Shown piece after piece: positions 29,372 through 38,929 of a stretch of DNA of 64,000 nt. The number at the start of each line of letters is the position of its first letter. The first letter of the stretch is position 1. The notes beneath the pieces were generated by a model. That model had not been told where the DNA came from. It did not search any database and was given only the letters and a program-made list of their open reading frames with translations. The DNA comes from Escherichia phage fKMPT1. The stretch lies in sequence record PP620640; one strand, 5' to 3'. A program made the translations under genes and the position numbers.

Positions 29372-29836
29372 ATGATTTTTTGCAATTTACAGAAGCACGT
29401 AATAGAGATTTTATACAAAACCTTCGGGACAGAAAACACTTTTGACTCTAATGAAGCAATTGACGCATTAAGAGAGAATAGTCTTTTTATACGAGGCCAG
29501 TCAATCAGTAATACCCGTGGGTATCTAACAATGTTAAGACAGTCTGGTGTACTGCTGACTGTAGGGCAGGTAAAAAGCAAAGGTAGGCTAAGTATTAATC
29601 AATTAAATCGAGCCTTTATGGAGAAGCACATACAACTGTCAAGGATGCTAGATAATACGCGTGAAGAGTTGGGGAGTTCACAAAAAGCAAGTTCATCTGA
29701 TGTTAAAGATGTGGATGTACAACCTGACGTAAGATACTTTATCGCAGATGTTATGTTTAAAACACTTGATGAAGCTGTTGAGCACTGCAAAAAGCATCTT
29801 ATTAAAGTTAAACATGCAAAAGTTATTTGGGAGTGA
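29372..29836 (+). CDS. paralog family member A2 (unknown function)
   Basis: MIFCNLQKHVIEILY...EAVEHCKKHLIKVKHAKVIWE. Confidence 0.6.
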   Translation: MIFCNLQKHVIEILYKTFGTENTFDSNEAIDALRENSLFIRGQSISNTRGYLTMLRQSGVLLTVGQVKSKGRLSINQLNRAFMEKHIQLSRMLDNTREELGSSQKASSSDVKDVDVQPDVRYFIADVMFKTLDEAVEHCKKHLIKVKHAKVIWE

Positions 29837-29840
29837 TGTT

Positions 29841-30221
29841 ATGATTGAACTGTTAAAAGTCCTATATAATAAGTTTGGTTATGATGAAACTTTTACTTGT
29901 TCACAGATACGTAGTATCCATGATAAGGAATTTCCAAATGTATCCAAGACAAACAAGTCAACTCGGTTCAATCGTCTTCGCCAGAGGGGTTACATTAAAA
30001 TAGTTGGATACAAGAATAACTCTTTTGAGTATGTAATGCAGATTAACAGAGAAGTATCAAGTAAAATACTTGAAGAGCCAACAGCCGAAGAACAAAAGAT
30101 ACAAGATGGTGAAGTTCGCTTCTTTGTGGAGAAGGAAAGTTTTGGGTCAATAGACGAAGCTATCGAATATTGCAAAAAGAACATTATCCAGATAAAGCGT
30201 AGAAAGGTTATTTGGGAATAA
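29841..30221 (+). CDS. paralog family member B2 (unknown function)
   Basis: MIELLKVLYNKFGYD...EAIEYCKKNIIQIKRRKVIWE. Confidence 0.6.
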   Translation: MIELLKVLYNKFGYDETFTCSQIRSIHDKEFPNVSKTNKSTRFNRLRQRGYIKIVGYKNNSFEYVMQINREVSSKILEEPTAEEQKIQDGEVRFFVEKESFGSIDEAIEYCKKNIIQIKRRKVIWE

Positions 30222-30240
30222 AGAGAAAGAGAGAGAAACT

Positions 30241-31122
30241 ATGAAAACATCTATCCGCGTTACAGTTCATTCACCAACTAAAGGAACTTATGAAGAAGAG
30301 TTTAACATCATCCAATTCCCTTCTGGTGAGATTGGTGGACACTTTTCACCAGAGTTTGTTGACTTCACTACTTATGCAGCATCATCTATCAACAATGTGA
30401 TTATGATTGTAAAAGGTTATGATAAAGATACATTGTTTGCTGTGGCACTTGCTAAAGAGGCGGTGGACAACTTAGTACCTCATAAGTTTGCTATGAAGAC
30501 CATTATCTTTTACTATTTGCCAAATGCACGTTATGACCGTCACATGTTTAAAGGTGATGCAGCAGCTTTGAAAGTGTTTGCACAACAGGTTAATGCAATG
30601 GGTTTTGATGCAGTCTGTGCAGTTGACCCTCACAGCTATGTACCAGATAACCTGTTTAACTGCTTCCAAAGTATCCCTCAAAATGAAGTTGCAGTTCACT
30701 ATGCAAATGACCCTCTGGTTGATTACTTAGTAGCCCCAGATGCAGGTGCTTCTAAGAAGATTGCAGAGACTGCTAAAGAGGTGGATAAACCATATATCAC
30801 AATGTCTAAGGTGCGTAACCTTAAGACTGGTGAAATTACTGGTATGCGAATCCTTGATGATGTTGATTTGACAGATAAAACCGTCATGATTCTGGATGAT
30901 ATTTGTGATGGAGGACGAACCTTCATAGAAGCAGCTAAACATCTTCGTGAAGCAGGTGCAAAACGTGTGGAACTCTATGTAACTCATGGTATTTTCTCTA
31001 AAGGGGTTGAAAACTTGCTTGACAATGGTATTGACCATATCTACACTACAAACTCTTTAGGGGAAGCTAAAGACCGTGGCTTAACACATTATGCTCAAGT
31101 TACTGTAGCAAACCTTGATTAA
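30241..31122 (+). CDS. ribose-phosphate pyrophosphokinase (PRPP synthetase) family enzyme; candidate ADPR-pyrophosphate synthetase
   Basis: 293 aa; PRPP/phosphoribosyl-binding loop VMILDDICDGGRTF. Confidence 0.75.
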   Translation: MKTSIRVTVHSPTKGTYEEEFNIIQFPSGEIGGHFSPEFVDFTTYAASSINNVIMIVKGYDKDTLFAVALAKEAVDNLVPHKFAMKTIIFYYLPNARYDRHMFKGDAAALKVFAQQVNAMGFDAVCAVDPHSYVPDNLFNCFQSIPQNEVAVHYANDPLVDYLVAPDAGASKKIAETAKEVDKPYITMSKVRNLKTGEITGMRILDDVDLTDKTVMILDDICDGGRTFIEAAKHLREAGAKRVELYVTHGIFSKGVENLLDNGIDHIYTTNSLGEAKDRGLTHYAQVTVANLD

Positions 31123-31167
31123 AACTTTATAGGGGCTTACAAGCCCCATTTTGAGAGAGATTAAAAG

Positions 31168-32949
31168 ATGACTAAATCACTTTATGCAGTACCAGCAGGT
31201 TTAAACGCAGACGCTTACAAATCTGGTCACATCTACCAGTATCCTAGTGCAATAGAGTACTTGATGTTCAACCTGACACCACGTAGTGATAAATGGTTTA
31301 ACAGCCCCTTAGCAATTGACGGTGTAGTGGCTTTTGGTATTCAACGTTTTGTTAAAGATTACCTGATAGACCACTGGAACGCCACCTTCTTCGAACGTGA
31401 CAAAAAAGAAGCAATTGACGAAATCTTAGAAGTCATGAACGGTGTTCTGGGTAAAGATGCTATTGGTCGAGAACATTGGGAAGCACTCCACGACTTAGGT
31501 TATCTACCAGTTGAAGTATACGCTGTAGAAGAAGGCACAGTTGTCCCTATGCGTGTACCAATGATTGTCTTCCAGAACACTGTTTCAGGTTTCCATTGGG
31601 TAGCGGGGTATCTGGAAGATGCTTTCTCTGCTGAGATTTGGAAGGCTTGTACCATTGCAACTATTGCATTGCACTACAAACGTATCTGTAAGAAGTGGTC
31701 TGACCTTACTTGTGACAATGACTTGCATTTACCTTATCAGTGCCATGACTTTGCTATGCGTGGTATGTCTGGCTTTACTGATGACGCATTTAATGCTGTA
31801 GGCCACTTAACCAGCTTTAAAGGGACTGATAGCTTCCCTGCTGTATACACGGCTAAACGCATCTATGGACAGCCCTACCCAATCTCTGATATTGGTAGTT
31901 CTGTACCAGCCACTGAACACTCTGTAATGTGTGCAAACATTGCTTGGGAAGGTGGTAATGAGTTGATTGAAGAAGAAAGACGCTTTAAAGGTGAGTTACA
32001 AACCTTCCGTCGTTTCTTAACAGAAACTTACCCAACTGGTATTGCAAGTGTTGTTTCAGACACTTATAATTTCTGGAAAACTGTATCAGAAATCTTACCA
32101 GCACTTCGCAAAGAGATTATGGAACGTGACGGAAAACTGGTAATTCGTCCTGACTCTGGCGACCCTGTACATATTGTCACAGGTTATAAAGCAATCCACT
32201 TAGAGTGCGCTAAAAAAGCTTATTACGAACACCTAAGCAAGCTGGAAGCCAGCGACACAAAGTTGAATGCTGTTCTGAACATGAATCTTGAAGACATTCA
32301 CTATATTATGGCTGGGTGGTTACGTACAGAAGGCTATGAAATGGTGGTTGACAGAGAAGACTTTGAAGTAGCTGATACAGTGCTTCTGAAAGATGCCTAC
32401 ATCAACGGCTCTGCAAACGTTGTAACACGTCCTGTAGCAGAGATTGATGGAGCTATTAAGACCCTGTATAACATCTTTGGAGGGACTATCAACGCTAAAG
32501 GTTTTAAAGTACTGGATGAGCACATTGGACTTATTTATGGTGACTCTATCACGTTGGAACGTGCAAACGAAATCCTTAAGCGTTTGTATGAAATGGGTTT
32601 TGCAAGCTCTAACGTAGTGTTTGGTGTAGGTTCTTACACTTACCAGTACATGACTCGTGACACCTTTGCATTTGCTGTTAAAGCAACTCTGGCAAGCATT
32701 GGTGGCAAAGAGATTATGCTTGCAAAAGACCCTAAAACAGATAGTGGTGTTAAGAAGTCTGCTTTTGGTGGTGTAGCACCTATGTGGGATGGTGATAAGC
32801 TGAAAGCTGTAGATGGCTATGGGTTCCAGAGCTTTGCAGATGTGCTTGAACATCCAGCTTGTGCTTTACGTTTAGTCTTTAGTGACTCTGAGCAGTTTGG
32901 TTACACAAATCTTGGTGATATTCGAAATAATATTGACAAGCAGCTTTAA
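31168..32949 (+). CDS. nicotinamide phosphoribosyltransferase (NAMPT) family enzyme; candidate nicotinamide ADPR transferase
   Basis: 593 aa with NAMPT-like core; directly downstream of PRPS-like gene; terminator follows. Confidence 0.75.
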   Translation: MTKSLYAVPAGLNADAYKSGHIYQYPSAIEYLMFNLTPRSDKWFNSPLAIDGVVAFGIQRFVKDYLIDHWNATFFERDKKEAIDEILEVMNGVLGKDAIGREHWEALHDLGYLPVEVYAVEEGTVVPMRVPMIVFQNTVSGFHWVAGYLEDAFSAEIWKACTIATIALHYKRICKKWSDLTCDNDLHLPYQCHDFAMRGMSGFTDDAFNAVGHLTSFKGTDSFPAVYTAKRIYGQPYPISDIGSSVPATEHSVMCANIAWEGGNELIEEERRFKGELQTFRRFLTETYPTGIASVVSDTYNFWKTVSEILPALRKEIMERDGKLVIRPDSGDPVHIVTGYKAIHLECAKKAYYEHLSKLEASDTKLNAVLNMNLEDIHYIMAGWLRTEGYEMVVDREDFEVADTVLLKDAYINGSANVVTRPVAEIDGAIKTLYNIFGGTINAKGFKVLDEHIGLIYGDSITLERANEILKRLYEMGFASSNVVFGVGSYTYQYMTRDTFAFAVKATLASIGGKEIMLAKDPKTDSGVKKSAFGGVAPMWDGDKLKAVDGYGFQSFADVLEHPACALRLVFSDSEQFGYTNLGDIRNNIDKQL

Positions 32950-32962
32950 AAGTATATGATAA

Positions 32963-32986
32963 GAGGCTCCTACGGGAGCCTTTTTA
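32963..32986 (+). terminator. rho-independent terminator
   Basis: ggctcc-tac-gggagcc hairpin + TTTTT. Confidence 0.6.
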
Positions 32987-33002
32987 ATTTCTGGAGAAGA
33001 TT

Positions 33003-33338
33003 ATGAAAATCAAAGAAATGAATATCAATATTGTCTTAGAAGAACGTTGGGAGAACATCAAGAAGCCTGAAAATGGTCATAAGTTCCTCAACAAAATCTT
33101 AGTAGCAGCTAAAGAAGAACTGACTGGCAAGGTTGCAGCAGCAATTACAATAAAGGTGTGTGTAAAAGGTCTTCCAGACAATCACCAATTTGCACTTGAC
33201 GAGTTTAAAGAAAGCTTCTACAATCCAAACAAACAGATGCTTGAAAGTAATTTTGCAGTATCTACAAGTATCGTCCATGACAGAAGCTTTATCCTTTACA
33301 AGAATATGAGAGGTGAGTCATGCAAGCATATTGGATAG
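33003..33338 (+). CDS. hypothetical protein
   Basis: 111-aa ORF. Confidence 0.5.
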   Translation: MKIKEMNINIVLEERWENIKKPENGHKFLNKILVAAKEELTGKVAAAITIKVCVKGLPDNHQFALDEFKESFYNPNKQMLESNFAVSTSIVHDRSFILYKNMRGESCKHIG

Positions 33339-33496
33339 AAATTTTACTGTCACTTGGTAGTGTAGCAGTATTTGTTTACCTTCTTTGCAAGTACTATGCA
33401 GAACACAAAAAATGTGACTTCTGTAACGGAGAGGGTTATACAAGAGCAGGTTGTTGCCCTATGTGTGGTGGTTCTGGTAAAATGTTTAATAAGTAA
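33320..33496 (+). CDS. small membrane-anchored protein with DnaJ-type zinc finger repeats
   Basis: 58 aa; hydrophobic N-terminus then CDFCNGEGY...CPMCGGSGK (CxxCxGxG x2). Confidence 0.4.
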   Translation: MQAYWIEILLSLGSVAVFVYLLCKYYAEHKKCDFCNGEGYTRAGCCPMCGGSGKMFNK

Positions 33497-33524
33497 TTTA
33501 ACAGTAAACTAAGAGGAAAGTATT

Positions 33525-35891
33525 ATGCGCATGGTAAACGACCACGCAGAAGTGATTAAGAGTTCAACTTCTTTAGAGACGTCGCAAGCACAGATTACAA
33601 TGACACCTGAAATGTTCAGCCTTTTGAGTTCTGGTGTATATACCTTTAAAGAAAGGGCAGTGATTCGTGAACTGTCATGTAACGCAGTAGATGCTCAGAA
33701 AGAAGCTGGAAAAGAGAATATCCCGTTCCATGTGCATTTACCTACTCGTTTTGAGCCTTACTTTGAAGTTCGTGATTTTGGAACTGGATTAACTCATGAT
33801 AAAGTTATGAGTTTGTACCTAAACTATGGGGCTTCTACGAAGAATGACTCTAATGACTACATTGGTGCAATGGGTATCGGCTCAAAATCACCATTTGCAA
33901 TTGCTCAGTCATTCACAGTGTCTAGCTATGTTGACGGTGTTGTTAATAAGTACTCTGTTTATCTTGAGAATGGTATCCCTCAAGTAACTAAACTGACCAC
34001 TAACCCAACAAAAGAACCTAATGGTTTAGCTGTACGTGTGGCAGTTGCTGACCACCGTATTTCAAAGTTCTTTGAAGAGGCTGGTAATGTATACTCATAC
34101 TTTGCTGTAAAACCAGAAAGTAACATCGAGTATGACGATGTACTAGCAGATATGAATGTCATTGCCCGTGAAGAAGGTGTCTATGATGCCATGATTCATA
34201 AGCAAAGCTGGCGTTCTAGTGGTAACAGGACAGAGTTTAATGTGGTGATGGGTAATATCGCCTATCCAGTTAACATGGAAGCATTACTTGGAGATGATTT
34301 CTTCAAAGTCTTGCCAGAATTTTTCCGTAGGAGCGTAGACCTTGTAAACATCTACATGCCTATTGGTTCAGTCGCTATTGCAGCTTCTCGTGAAGCATTG
34401 CAGATGAATGATACGACAAAAAATGTTATCATTGAGGCTACTAAAAAGATAACTGAAGCAATTACAAAGGATGTTATCAAGAAAGTTAATAGCCAACCTA
34501 CACTCATGGATGCTGCACAGGCTTATGCTGAGTTACGTTTGAACTCACGAGAGATGTTCAATGCTGTGTGTCCAAAGCTAGAGTGGGGTGGTGTTAAGCT
34601 TGATTCTCTGGAAGAAGAATTACTAAACATTCGTCGTGGAATTATCTACGCAGAAGACGGCTCAGTCATTTACGAACGTGACGGCAAAGGCAATATTAAG
34701 GTTGATAGGAACGGGAACAATATCCCTAAAGTAGATTATCTTTATGACCCAGTTGCTTACGTCAAGTTCAACTCTTTAGAGAGTAAGATTCGTGCAACAT
34801 CGCTTTCCTACACTCAAGAGGCAAGTATGTTCAATATCTTTGGCGCAATGCGTAAAAGCCAAATTGAACAGTTTTTGTTTGTTATAAATGACCGTCGCAA
34901 TAAAAATGGTACTGAGAAGACTGTAGGACGCAATCAAATTTTGCGTGGTGCATGTCGAGACTATGCCAATGAGTCAAGTCTGTTTCACAGATACAATGGT
35001 ATTGTCTTTGTATTCTCTACAGAGAAAGAGCTAGACGACTTAATCAATTTGCACAAACTTGATAAAAGCTTGTTAAAGATTGTGAAGATGTCTGATAAGG
35101 AACACCATTATCAGCGTAAAGAAGCTGTAAGAGGTGTTGTAAAACTTTGGAAAGCTGTTCCAGCAGAAGGTGTAGCTTCCTATAAAGAGGTTTCAGAGGA
35201 CTTTGATACAATTGAAGAACCTCAGCTTTACATTAAGGCAGTCGGCGACACAGTTGACGGTGAATGTTTTTGCTCATCTCCAGAAGATGTAGCTAAGTCA
35301 GTTGCAAATGTCATTGGGAAGACAGTCTATGTTTTCCGAAAAGCAAATTGGAAAAAGATACCAGAAGACTGGATTGAAGTAGATGAGAAGCTCTTGAACG
35401 ACAGCTTAACTGATGTTCACTGGATTAACCATAATAGGTATATGACACGCATCTATATGAATGGTGTCCTTGACCTCACAAGCAGTTGGATTATTGCCAG
35501 AAACTTTACGTTCAATAACAGGAAGATTTCTCGTGGCTATTGTTATTCACGGGATACAAACAAAACTATCTTCCTAGAAGGCAATGAGGATGCTGTTGAG
35601 GCAATGTTTGGTAAAATCCAATACGTTGCTGCACCGTTTGCATACACTTACACTATTAGTAGACTGCAAACTTTGAAAGAATGCCTTGATAACGATACAA
35701 AGCTGTACAAGAAAATCAAGAAAGCTGGTGACCGTATGGTCATTAAGGTGACAAACTACCTTTCAAAAAGGAAACAAGAAAACTTCTTGCTTTCTCATTT
35801 AGATTGGGATAAAGTGTCACCCATCGAAGTGAGTAAGTTCTTAGGCTTTGATGTGAAGTGTGTTCCAGAAGGGACTACAATTTACGATTAA
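33525..35891 (+). CDS. rIIA: rIIA-like protein (GHKL ATPase-like N-terminal domain)
   Basis: 788 aa; N-terminal ELSCNAVDA...GAMGIGSKSPF resembles HATPase-like motifs of phage rIIA. Confidence 0.55.
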   Translation: MRMVNDHAEVIKSSTSLETSQAQITMTPEMFSLLSSGVYTFKERAVIRELSCNAVDAQKEAGKENIPFHVHLPTRFEPYFEVRDFGTGLTHDKVMSLYLNYGASTKNDSNDYIGAMGIGSKSPFAIAQSFTVSSYVDGVVNKYSVYLENGIPQVTKLTTNPTKEPNGLAVRVAVADHRISKFFEEAGNVYSYFAVKPESNIEYDDVLADMNVIAREEGVYDAMIHKQSWRSSGNRTEFNVVMGNIAYPVNMEALLGDDFFKVLPEFFRRSVDLVNIYMPIGSVAIAASREALQMNDTTKNVIIEATKKITEAITKDVIKKVNSQPTLMDAAQAYAELRLNSREMFNAVCPKLEWGGVKLDSLEEELLNIRRGIIYAEDGSVIYERDGKGNIKVDRNGNNIPKVDYLYDPVAYVKFNSLESKIRATSLSYTQEASMFNIFGAMRKSQIEQFLFVINDRRNKNGTEKTVGRNQILRGACRDYANESSLFHRYNGIVFVFSTEKELDDLINLHKLDKSLLKIVKMSDKEHHYQRKEAVRGVVKLWKAVPAEGVASYKEVSEDFDTIEEPQLYIKAVGDTVDGECFCSSPEDVAKSVANVIGKTVYVFRKANWKKIPEDWIEVDEKLLNDSLTDVHWINHNRYMTRIYMNGVLDLTSSWIIARNFTFNNRKISRGYCYSRDTNKTIFLEGNEDAVEAMFGKIQYVAAPFAYTYTISRLQTLKECLDNDTKLYKKIKKAGDRMVIKVTNYLSKRKQENFLLSHLDWDKVSPIEVSKFLGFDVKCVPEGTTIYD

Positions 35892-35970
35892 AGTGTTTGA
35901 CAAGGGGCTTCAAAGCCCCTTAGAATAGTCTTACAAAATGATTTATTAACTAACAAGAGAGAGTAATAAG

Positions 35971-37080
35971 ATGACTACTAAAACTAAAGCACAGATTGAC
36001 GCAGAAATTTACGAACTGGTTAAAGAAGGTAAGCTGACTAAAACAGCTATTGCACAGAAGTTCAATACTTCAACCCGTTCAGTTGGTCGTGCTGTAGAGC
36101 GTCATGAAGCAACCTTAAAAGGTAAGAAGAAGACGACTTCTAATCCAGCTAAGAAGACCCTAAAGCAAGTTGCTAAGTCAGTTAAAAAGAAAGCTGGAAA
36201 ACCAGTTGAAAAGGTTGTTAAAAAGGCTGTACAAAAAGCTCCGGTAAATAAACTACACGAAGCTATGCAGAAAGATGACAAGATTGAGTACATGATTACT
36301 GGTGACTCTGTAATTATGACTTACGGTTCAGAATCTGAAATTGTTGAGTCTACTCATCCGAACTATCAAGAGATTGTAGTTCATGTTGTGAAAGGTGAGT
36401 TCAAGAAAGCCTTTGAACTGATGAACATTCGTAAGTCTATCGAAAACTTCACTCAGGGTGCTATCACAATCAAAGGTGACAAGTTATTCTACGGTGCTGT
36501 TGAGATGCGTTCTACTCTGGTTGACCGTATTCTTCACATGATGAAGACTGGTGATAAAGGTTTTGAACGACTTGTAATGTTCTTCGAAAAACTGATGGAA
36601 AACCCATCTAAAGACTCTGTAGAACAACTTTGGGGATTTGTATCTCACCTTGATGTTGAGATTGATGAAGAAGGCTTCATCATTGGTTGGAAGAAAGTCT
36701 CTACTCGTGAAGGTAAGCTGGTTGACTCCCACACCTACAAAGTACCTAATGATTTGGGTAACATTGTAGAAATGCCACGTTGGATGGTTGATAACAACCG
36801 TAACGTAACTTGTTCTCAAGGTCTTCATGTTGGTGCTTGGGATTATGTTCGTTACTTCTCAGGTGATACCATCCTGAAGGTTCGTGTCCATCCACGAGAT
36901 GTTGTATCTGTTCCAACTGATTACAACGATATGAAGATGCGTTCATCCCGTTATGAAGTTGCAGCAATCGTTGATAATCAGCGTAAAGTACTGAAAGCGT
37001 GGGATGGTAAGACTGAGGCTTTGCATGTCATCGTTGGCACTGCTGGTGAACTCATCTCCCAACGTAAACGTGAAATCTAA
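35971..37080 (+). CDS. hypothetical protein (rIIB-like by position only)
   Basis: 369 aa, lysine-rich N-terminal region, immediately downstream of rIIA-like gene. Confidence 0.5.
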   Translation: MTTKTKAQIDAEIYELVKEGKLTKTAIAQKFNTSTRSVGRAVERHEATLKGKKKTTSNPAKKTLKQVAKSVKKKAGKPVEKVVKKAVQKAPVNKLHEAMQKDDKIEYMITGDSVIMTYGSESEIVESTHPNYQEIVVHVVKGEFKKAFELMNIRKSIENFTQGAITIKGDKLFYGAVEMRSTLVDRILHMMKTGDKGFERLVMFFEKLMENPSKDSVEQLWGFVSHLDVEIDEEGFIIGWKKVSTREGKLVDSHTYKVPNDLGNIVEMPRWMVDNNRNVTCSQGLHVGAWDYVRYFSGDTILKVRVHPRDVVSVPTDYNDMKMRSSRYEVAAIVDNQRKVLKAWDGKTEALHVIVGTAGELISQRKREI

Positions 37081-37096
37081 TAAGTAATTTCTTAAA

Positions 37097-37120
37097 AGGC
37101 TGCTTCGGCGGCCTTTTTTA
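37097..37120 (+). terminator. rho-independent terminator
   Basis: ggctgc-ttcg-gcggcc hairpin + TTTTTT. Confidence 0.6.
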
Positions 37121-37180
37121 TTTGTATTTTGTGCAGAGTGCTGTATAATTGTTGTCACGATAAACTAAACAGGAGAACCA

Positions 37181-37729
37181 ATGAAGAATTTGATTCTAGG
37201 TTTGTGCTTAATGTTTACAGCACACTTATCTTATGCAGTTGACTGCCCAGAGCTATCAATTAGCCAAAAAGTAAACATGTTAAAAGCTTACCAGTATGGT
37301 GAGAACAACATGGGTAAAGGTTGGGGTATCACTCTAGCAGCTATAGCCTTACAAGAGTCAGAGTTAGGTCTGAAGGTAGAGAATAAAAAGACCCATGACT
37401 ATGGTATTTTCCAGAATCACTTGAAGACTGTTGTAAAGCGTAACAAAATCAGTCCTAATGTGGCTAAAAAGAAACTCTTAAAAGATTTTGACTATGCTGC
37501 AAAAGAGACACATAAAGAGCTTGAGTTTTGGACTAAGGTACATGGTCACCCGAAGTCAAAGAAGACTTTACAAAAAGTTTTGGCATCATATAATGCTGGG
37601 TATTCGTACAAAATCCCTAAAGCTAAGAAATACTCTCAAGATGTCTATAACAATATGAAAGTTATTGCTCAATGTGAATTTGCAACAAACATTTCTAAGG
37701 TAAATCATGAAAAAATTAAGAAAGTCTGA
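37181..37729 (+). CDS. secreted lytic-transglycosylase-like protein
   Basis: signal peptide MKNLILGLCLMFTAHLSYA; LAAIALQESELG resembles SLT catalytic region. Confidence 0.45.
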   Translation: MKNLILGLCLMFTAHLSYAVDCPELSISQKVNMLKAYQYGENNMGKGWGITLAAIALQESELGLKVENKKTHDYGIFQNHLKTVVKRNKISPNVAKKKLLKDFDYAAKETHKELEFWTKVHGHPKSKKTLQKVLASYNAGYSYKIPKAKKYSQDVYNNMKVIAQCEFATNISKVNHEKIKKV

Positions 37730-38402
37730 TGAAGTCCTGTGCCACGCTTATGACTTGCATCCTCATGAGTTAGGTCTTGATTCCTGTGTATGGACTCCAG
37801 AACAGTGCAGGGATTTTGAAGACACTGCAAGAGAAGTTGTATGTTCACTTGAAGAGTTCCACACATCAGAACCAATTGTGAACGTTGTGGATAAAGAAAC
37901 TGGACAAGCTATAGGTGTAAGTCGTGATAGTTTAGTCATAGTCAATGAAGACCTTGTAGAAAAAGGTAACCTCATCTTAGCAGATATTGATGGTGTTCTT
38001 ACAAATTTTAATCACGAAGATTGCTCAACGGAATTGACTGACGGGTCATTTTCACAGTACACTAATCTTCTTGACTCTGTAAGAGCAAAACCAACATATA
38101 TTTTCAGTATCATTGATGCAATTGCTAATCATGCTGCCATTGGCCTCTTAACAGCAAGAGGTGAAACTCAGAGAATACCTACTGAGATGTTCTTGAGGCA
38201 CAATATAGAGCATGATTACATGCTTTTTATGCGTGGTTTTGGAACTAACTCTCTAAGTGCAGAAAGTTTAAAAGTGAGGATGATTCAGTCTTGCATTCTT
38301 CCTTACTTTAATATAGTATGTTTTATAGAAGATACAGAGAAGAATGTTCAGAAGGTTAACAGAATCCTTCCACACATCAAAACCATGCTAGTTAAACATT
38401 GA
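37707..38402 (+). CDS. HAD-like phosphatase/nucleotidase candidate
   Basis: LILADIDGVLT resembles HAD motif I DxDGT. Confidence 0.4.
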   Translation: MKKLRKSDEVLCHAYDLHPHELGLDSCVWTPEQCRDFEDTAREVVCSLEEFHTSEPIVNVVDKETGQAIGVSRDSLVIVNEDLVEKGNLILADIDGVLTNFNHEDCSTELTDGSFSQYTNLLDSVRAKPTYIFSIIDAIANHAAIGLLTARGETQRIPTEMFLRHNIEHDYMLFMRGFGTNSLSAESLKVRMIQSCILPYFNIVCFIEDTEKNVQKVNRILPHIKTMLVKH

Positions 38403-38412
38403 GAGAAAACTT

Positions 38413-38877
38413 ATGAACAATATCATTACGGTAGCACTGGACGTTACGGAAAACAAATCTGCAGTAGTTCGTAACATTATCAAGAGCAACTTTGAGGGTA
38501 AAATCTTCCGTGCTGTCAATGTAAAAGCAGACGGGAACATTCGGGAGTATCGTGCTCTTCTGAATGTTAAGAAACATGTCAAAGGTGCTGGTTCAACGAC
38601 TGCACACAAAGAAAACCTGATGACTATCTATGATATGGGTATGGCTTCAGAGTTAGGTGCTGAAGGTATCGTTAAAGAAGGTGCTCCGTATCGCTCTTTC
38701 AATCTGGAAACTGCTCTTATGCTTTCCTTTACAAGTGGTTCTAAAACAACTACTTATCTCTTTACTGATGCTGCAACGGTATCTGCTATTAAGGATAGCA
38801 CTGTCAAAGCTGGGGTAGCTGCTGCTGCAAAAGCTTCTTCGATGGCTGCAAATGTCCTTGCTAAAGTCCTCAGTTAA
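38413..38877 (+). CDS. hypothetical protein
   Basis: 154-aa ORF followed by strong terminator. Confidence 0.5.
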   Translation: MNNIITVALDVTENKSAVVRNIIKSNFEGKIFRAVNVKADGNIREYRALLNVKKHVKGAGSTTAHKENLMTIYDMGMASELGAEGIVKEGAPYRSFNLETALMLSFTSGSKTTTYLFTDAATVSAIKDSTVKAGVAAAAKASSMAANVLAKVLS

Positions 38878-38888
38878 GGTTAAGATAC

Positions 38889-38911
38889 AGGCTCCTTCGG
38901 GAGCCTTTTTC
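38889..38911 (+). terminator. rho-independent terminator
   Basis: ggctcc-ttcg-ggagcc hairpin + TTTTT. Confidence 0.6.
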
Positions 38912-38929
38912 ATTTCAGGAGATTGTTAA

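Noticed and set aside
10884-38913. Antisense ORFs inside the plus-strand replication/RNR/NAD block (10884, 11998, 13482, 13517, 14121, 14181, 15021, 15281, 15516, 15876, 16931, 17582, 19190, 20044, 20399, 21182, 21645, 22839, 23070, 23937, 27407, 28037, 28315, 28755, 29359, 29599, 29990, 30472, 30723, 30727, 31619, 32320, 33980, 36102, 36484, 36746, 36943, 37763, 38388, 38392, 38653)
   Set aside because: Embedded in or antisense to stronger genes; treated as translation artefacts.
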